In this document: in pieces, positions 21,420-27,089 of the stretch
Layout of the letters: the number at the start of each line of letters is the position of its first letter
How positions within the stretch are numbered: position 1 is the first letter of the stretch
Source of the DNA: Balamuthia mandrillaris
Lineage: Eukaryota
Direction of reading: 5' to 3'
DNA length: 27,089 nucleotides
Assembly: GCA_031835245.2 (NCBI GenBank)
Contig: JAVKOQ020000016.1
Location: 372,001 to 399,089, forward strand
Notes under the pieces: generated by a model
What the model was told of the DNA's origin: nothing
Seen by the model: only the letters and a program-made list of their open reading frames with translations
Databases searched by the model: none
Program-made: the position numbers and the translations under genes

Positions 21420-22045
21420 CAAAGAAAGAAAAGAAAAAAAAACAAAAAGGAAAAAAAAGAAAAGAATAGAAAGAGAAAAGAGGAAAAAGAAAAAAATGAA
21501 AGGAACAATAAGAGAAAAAAAGAGCTAAAAAGAAAAGTAGGAAAAGTTAAAAATAAAAAGAAAAAGAAAGAAAGGAAAAGAAAAAAGAGAAAAACAGAAA
21601 AAGAGAAAGGAAAAAAAAGGAAACAGAGAATGAGAAAGAAAAAGAGAGAAAAAATAAGCAAAAATGAAAATGAAAAAGAAGATATAAGAGAAAAAAAAGA
21701 AAATGGGAAGAAAGAGAAAAAAAGAAAAAGAAGAGAACAAGAAAAAGAAAAAAGAAAAAAGAAAAAAGAGAAAGTGAAAAAAAAAAGAGAAGAGAAAGAT
21801 AGAGGAAGAAAAAAAAAGAAGCAAAAAGAAGAAAGAAAAGAGAATAAAAAGAAAAAAAAGAGAAAGATAATGAAAGAAAAAGAAAAAATGAAAAAAAAAG
21901 AGGGAAGAAGAGGAAAAGAAAGGAATAAAGAGAAAAAGAAGAGAAAAAAGAAAAAAGAAAAGGAAGAAAGAAAAGAGGAAGAGGAAAAGAAGAAAAGAGT
22001 GAGACAAAAAGAAAGAAAAGAAGCAAAAAAGAATAAAGACAATGA
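21420..22045. repeat. A/G-rich low-complexity tract, copy 1
   Basis: Collinear with 24908-25535. Confidence 0.85.
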
Positions 22046-22049
22046 AAAG

Positions 22050-23640
22050 CTTTCTCTGTCCAACTAAGTTTGCATCTAAACAAGCTCCATTCATAATAAT
22101 TTACTTACCTATGCTCCAGACTATGGAGAATCGAATGCAACTGGTTTCAGCCTCTGAGGACATCATGTACCCGAGAAATTAATTATTTGAGCCAAAAACG
22201 AGATAATTCACTCCCACAACAAACCTGAGGGTCAAAACCAAAAAAAACTTTCCAAACACGTCCCCAAATAACAGAGAAAAGGTACCACTCCGACGGAGCG
22301 CTGCATATATAGTTCAAAAAAAAAAGAAGTCTGTTTTTAGAAAAATACAATCAAGTTTAAACAAAACTGAGTCATGTAAGGAAAAAAGAGAAAGTGGTTC
22401 AAATTAAGGGTGTGAAAGTAGCGCTCTGACGGAGCGCTAACCCCACGTGGGATTTTGAGGAAGGATGAAGAAAAAATAAAAACAACCAAGCTCAAACAGA
22501 ACAGGGTCATGTAGGAAAAAAAGGGCAAATAGTACAAAATAGAGAAGTGAAAGTAGCACTCTGATGGAGCACTAACTATACAAGTGAGTTTGAGGAGGAA
22601 GAAAAAGAGAAAAGGAGGAGTAGTAAAACTAAAAATCAACTTACAGGGAGTGAAGGCAAAAGTTTTGAAGAAGGGAGCAATATCAACCATAAGTATAAAT
22701 AAAAACATAAAAAAGCTACGTCTGTAACCAAACAAGCTTTGTCTATGAAAATTTACTCACCTATGCTCTAGACTATAGAGAATCGAATACAACTGGTTTC
22801 AGCCTTTGAGGACATTGTGTACTTGAGAAATTAATTGTTTGAGTCAAAAACGAGATAATTCACTTCCATAATGAACTTGAGGGTCAAAACCAAAAAAAAC
22901 TTGCCAAACACGTCCCCAAATACAAAGGAAAGGTGCCGCTCCGACGGAGCGCTGCATATACAGCTCTAAAAAAAAAGAAAGAATGAAAAACTTTGTGATT
23001 ATGATAAATATTTCATTTTAGACACAAAAATATAAAAAAAAAGCCAAGTCTGTAACCAAACAAGCTATGTCCATGAAAATTTACCCACCTATGCTCCAGA
23101 CCATGGCGAATCGAATGCAACTAATTTCAGCCTCTGAGGACATTGTGTACTTGAGAAATTAATTATTTGAGCCAAAAACGAGATAATTCACTCCCATAAC
23201 AAACCTGAGAGTCAAAACAAAAAAAAACTGTTTAGACATAGTCCCAAAATAACACAGACCAGGTGCCGCTCCGCTGGAGCGCTTCATCCACTGCTTTAAA
23301 ACAAAAAGAAAGAGTGAAAAACTGTATGTTCTAGATAAATATTCCAGTTTTGAAACAAAAATATAAAAAAAAGCTAAGTCTGTAACCAAACAAGCTATGT
23401 CCATGAAAATTTACTCACCTATGCTCTAGACCATGGAGAATCGAATGCAACTGGTTTCAGCCTCTGAGGACATCATGTACCTAAGAAATTAATTATTTGA
23501 GCCAAAAACGAGATCATTCACTCCCACAACAAACCTGAGGGTCAGAACCAAAAAAAACTTTCCAAACACGTCCCCAAATAACAAAGAAAAGGTGCCGCTC
23601 CGAAGGAGCGCTGTATACACAGCTTAAAAAAAAAAGAAGT
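22050..23640. repeat. ~330-bp repeat array (4 copies, interrupted by 135-bp-type units)
   Basis: Recurring AAACAAGCT..CCTATGCTC..GAATCGAAT..TTTCAGCCT..GAGAAATTAATT..CGCTCCGACGGAGCGC at ~22076, 22730, 23057, 23387. Confidence 0.9.
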
Positions 23641-23699
23641 CTGTTGTTAGAAAAATACAATCAAGTTTAAACAAAACTGAGTCATGTAAGGAAAAAAGT

Positions 23700-24020
23700 G
23701 AGAGTGGTTCAAATTAAGGGTGTGAAAGTAGCGCTCCAACGGAGCGCTAACCTCGAGCAGGATTTTGAGAGAGGATGACAAAAAATAAAAACAACCAAGT
23801 CCCAACAGAACAGGGTTGTGGGAGGAGAAAAGAGGAAGTGGTGCAAAATAAGAGAGCGAAAGCAGCGCTCCGACAGAGCGCTAACTACGTGAGTGATTTT
23901 GGGCAGGGGTGAAGAATAATAAAAAGAACCAAGTCTGAACAAAACAGGGTTGTAGAGGGAAAGAAGAGGAAGTGGTGCAAAAGAGGAGCATGAAAGCAGC
24001 GCTCCGATGGAGCGCTAACT
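23700..24020. repeat. Diverged 135-bp satellite units (~3)
   Basis: Palindrome variants at ~23729, 23864, 23997. Confidence 0.85.
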
Positions 24021-24907
24021 GCGCAAGAGAGTTTGAAGAGGAAAAAGCCTCACCAGGAGGGTGATTGTGTTAAAAAAAAAGAACAACACAAGATATGGCC
24101 CACAATATATAAACACGCACACACCACACAAGAGAAGTCCATATGCAGTAAAACACAAGAGTGAATAAAATAAAAGTAGTACGCACAGCACAGTATAGAT
24201 CAAGTTGCAAGGCCAACCAGAGAGGCACAGGTAGAACAAAGGCAGTAGGTTTTTTTTGTTTTGTTGTGTTTTGAAGGTAGAGAAGAAAGGGGGTGTAGTA
24301 AAACTAAAAATCAATTACAGGGAGTGCAAAAAGGGGAAAGTGCAAGTATTGGAGAAAGGAGCAATATCAACCACTAGCGAGCGCAAAGGAAGCTGTTGAA
24401 AACAAAGTGAAAAAAAAAATGAAGAAAAATAGGGGATAATAGGGTGGAGTTGCTGTGAGTGAGTGGATGTGTATGTGGACGTGTGTGTGTGTCTGGCAGT
24501 GTATGCTTAGCTAATGACGAAAACAAAAACCTAACGGTCAAAAAAATTAAGGTGGCTAACCATCATCCTTGGGGCATTGCTGTCCCTGAATTATGGTTCG
24601 TTGGGGGAAAAGGAAGAGCAGCCAGGGGACGGCTCCTCAAGCAGACTGAAGGAGAGTGTGACTCCTCAATTGAACCAAACATAATGAACAAGTTAAACAA
24701 CACAAAGGGTAAACAACGACTGTTTGTGCATAGCTTGGTGGTAGTAGTTATGGGTTAGCAACTAGAAGTCTAGATGAAGAGGGAGGTGAAGTGAGGAAGT
24801 GAAAAAAATAAAAGAGTGAAAGATCAAAAAAAACTGATAACACCAGCTCTCCAGTGAAGCGACACTCCTAAAGGCATGAAAAACGAGTGAAGGGCTTGAG
24901 TGAAGGG

Positions 24908-25535
24908 GAAAAAAAGAATAAAAGAAAAAAAAAAACAAAAAGGAAAAAAAAAGGATAGAAAGAGAAAAGAGGAAAAAGAAAAAAAATAAAAGGAAAAACA
25001 AGAGAAAAAAAGAGCTAAAAAGAAAAGTAGAAAAAGTTAAAAATAAAAAGAAAAAGAAAGAAAGAAAAGAAAAAAGAGAAAAAGAGAAAAAAGAAAGGAA
25101 AAAAAGGAAACAGAGAATGAGAAAGAAAAAGAGAGAAAAAAAGAGCAATAATGAAAATGAAAAAGAAGAAATAAGAAAAAAAAAGAAAATGGGAAGAAAG
25201 AGAAAAAAAGAAAAAGAAAAGAAAAAGAAAAAGAAAAAAGAAAAAAGAAAAAAGAGAAAGTGAAAAAAAAAAGAGAAGAGGGAGATAAAGGAAGAAAAAA
25301 AAGAAGCAAAAAGAAGAAAGAAAAGAGAATAAGAAGAAAAAAAAGAGATAGATAATGAAAGAAAAAGAAAAAATGAAAAAAAAAGAGGTAAGAAGAGGAA
25401 AAGAAAGGAATAAAGAGAAAAAAGAAGAGAAAAAAAGAAAAAAGAAAAGGAAGAAAGAAAAGAGGAAGAGGAAAAGAAGAAAAGAGTGAGACAAAAAGAA
25501 AGAAAAGAAGCAAAAAAGAATAAAGAAAATAAAAA
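24908..25535. repeat. A/G-rich low-complexity tract, copy 2
   Basis: Collinear with 21420-22045 and followed by the same AAGCTTTCTCTGTCCAACTAAGTTTGCATC. Confidence 0.85.
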
Positions 25536-25539
25536 GCTT

Positions 25540-26150
25540 TCTCTGTCCAACTAAGTTTGCATCTAAACAAGCTCCATTCATGAAAATTTACTTACCTATG
25601 CTCCAGACCATGGAGAATCGAGTGCAACCGGTTTCAGCCTCTGAGGACATTGTGTACCTGAGAAATTAATTATTTGAGCCAAAAACAAGATAATCCACTC
25701 CCATAATGAACCTGAGGGTCAAAACCAAAAAAAACTTGCCAAACACATCCCCAAATACAGAGAAAAGGTGCCGCTCCGACGGAGCGCTGCATATACAGCT
25801 CTAAAAAAAAAGAAAGAATGAAAAACTTTGTGATTATGATAAATATTTCATTTTAGACACAAAAATATAAAAAAAAGCCAAGTCTGTAACCAAACAAGCT
25901 TTGTCTATGAAAATTTACTCACCTATGCTCTAGACCATGGAGAATCGAATGCAACTGGTTTCAGCCTCTGAGGACATCGTGTACCCGAGAAATTAATTAT
26001 TTGAGCCACAAAAGAGATCATTCACTCTCACAACAACCCTGAGGGTCAGAACCAAAAAAAACTTTCCAAACACGTCCCTAAATAACAAAGAAAAGGTGCC
26101 GCTCCGACGGAGCGCTGTATACACAGCTTAAAAAAAAAAAGAAGTCTGTT
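25540..26150. repeat. ~330-bp repeat (2 copies)
   Basis: Same unit as 22050-23640. Confidence 0.9.
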
Positions 26151-26219
26151 GTTAGAAAAATACAATCAAGTTTAAACAAAACTGAGTTATATAAGGAAAA
26201 AAGAGAGAGTAGTTCAAAT

Positions 26220-27089
26220 TAAGGGTGTGAAAGTAGCGCTCCGACGGAGCGCTAACTATGCGAGTGATTTTCAGCAGGGGTGAAGAAAAAATAAAAACAA
26301 CCAAGTCCAAATAAAACAGGGTCATGAAGGGAAAAAAAAGGAAGTGGTGCAAAATAGGGGAGCAAAAGCAGCGCTCTGACGGAGCGCAAACCCTGAGCAG
26401 GATTTTGAGAGAGGATGACAAAAAATAAAACAACCAAGTCCAAACGGAACAGGGTCACGAACGAACATAGGAGTGAATGGTGCAAAATAGGGGAGCGAAA
26501 GTAGCGCTCCGACGGAGCGCTAACCCTGTGCAGTATTTCGAGGGAAGGAGAAGAAAAAATAAAAATAACCAAGTCCAAACGGAACAGGGTCGTGCAGGGA
26601 AAAAAGAGTGAGTGATGCAAAATAGGGGAGCGAAAGTAGTGCTCCAACGGAGCGCTAACCCCGCGAGTGATTTTGGGAGGAAGAGAAGAGAAAATAAAAA
26701 CAACCAAGTCCAAACGGAACAGGGTCGTGCAGGGAAAAAAGAGTGAGTGATGCAAAATAGGGGAGCGAAAGTAGTGCTCCGACGGAGCGCTAACCCCGCG
26801 CGGTATTTCGAGAGAGGGAGAAGAAAAAATAAAAACAACCAAGTCCAAACGGAACAGGGTCGTGCAGGGAAAAAAGAGTGAGTGGTGCAAAATAGAGGAG
26901 TGAAAGTAGCGCTCTGACGGAGCGCTAACCCCGCGTGGTATTTCGGGAGAAGGAGAAGAGAAAATAAAAACAACCAAGTCCAAATGGAACAGGGTCGTGC
27001 AGGGAAAAAAGAGTGAGTGGTGCAAAATAGGGGAGCGAAAGTAGCGCTCTGATGGAGCGCTAACCCCGCGAGTGATTTTGGGAGGAAGA
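26220..27089. repeat. 135-bp tandem satellite with 21-bp palindrome, running off the window end
   Basis: CAACCAAGTC recurs at 26431, 26701, 26836, 26971; TAGCGCTCCG-A-CGGAGCGCTA is perfect at 26234-26254 and 26502-26522. Confidence 0.95.

Noticed and set aside
21386..22094. Long poly-K or poly-F ORFs (also 24762-25581, 7310-7909, 1908-2366)
   Set aside because: Artefacts of stop-poor low-complexity DNA
26252..27025. 257-aa repetitive ORF
   Set aside because: The 135-bp unit is a multiple of 3, so the frame stays open by construction; no domain evidence
26220..27089. CRISPR-like array of regularly spaced palindromes
   Set aside because: The intervening ~114 bp are near-identical between units, there are no cas genes and the context is eukaryotic; it is a satellite

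Overview
Eukaryotic genomic DNA with short GT-AG introns rich in (CT)n and TTAGGG telomere-type repeats; a protist, possibly amoebozoan (inference only). The left ~15.5 kb is gene-dense. It holds an OCIA/Asrij-like gene, eIF3b, an intronless RAG1/Transib-like DDE transposase with a frameshifted twin zinc-finger N-terminus facing a convergent orphan ORF, a HEAT-repeat gene, and a LOTUS-like/DEDDy exonuclease/ycf45-SpoIIIAA ATPase fusion that breaks off at 15538. The rest is a repeat-only, subtelomere-like mosaic. Two decayed chromodomain-bearing Ty3/Gypsy elements are each cut at the same junction, about three TTAGGG repeats plus an identical 69-bp block. There is also a 138-bp solo LTR with TSD, a Myb/SANT pseudogene, micro/minisatellites, a ~3.5-kb-offset duplication, and ~330-bp and 135-bp satellites sharing one palindrome. 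CpG-type decay is pervasive in the repeats.
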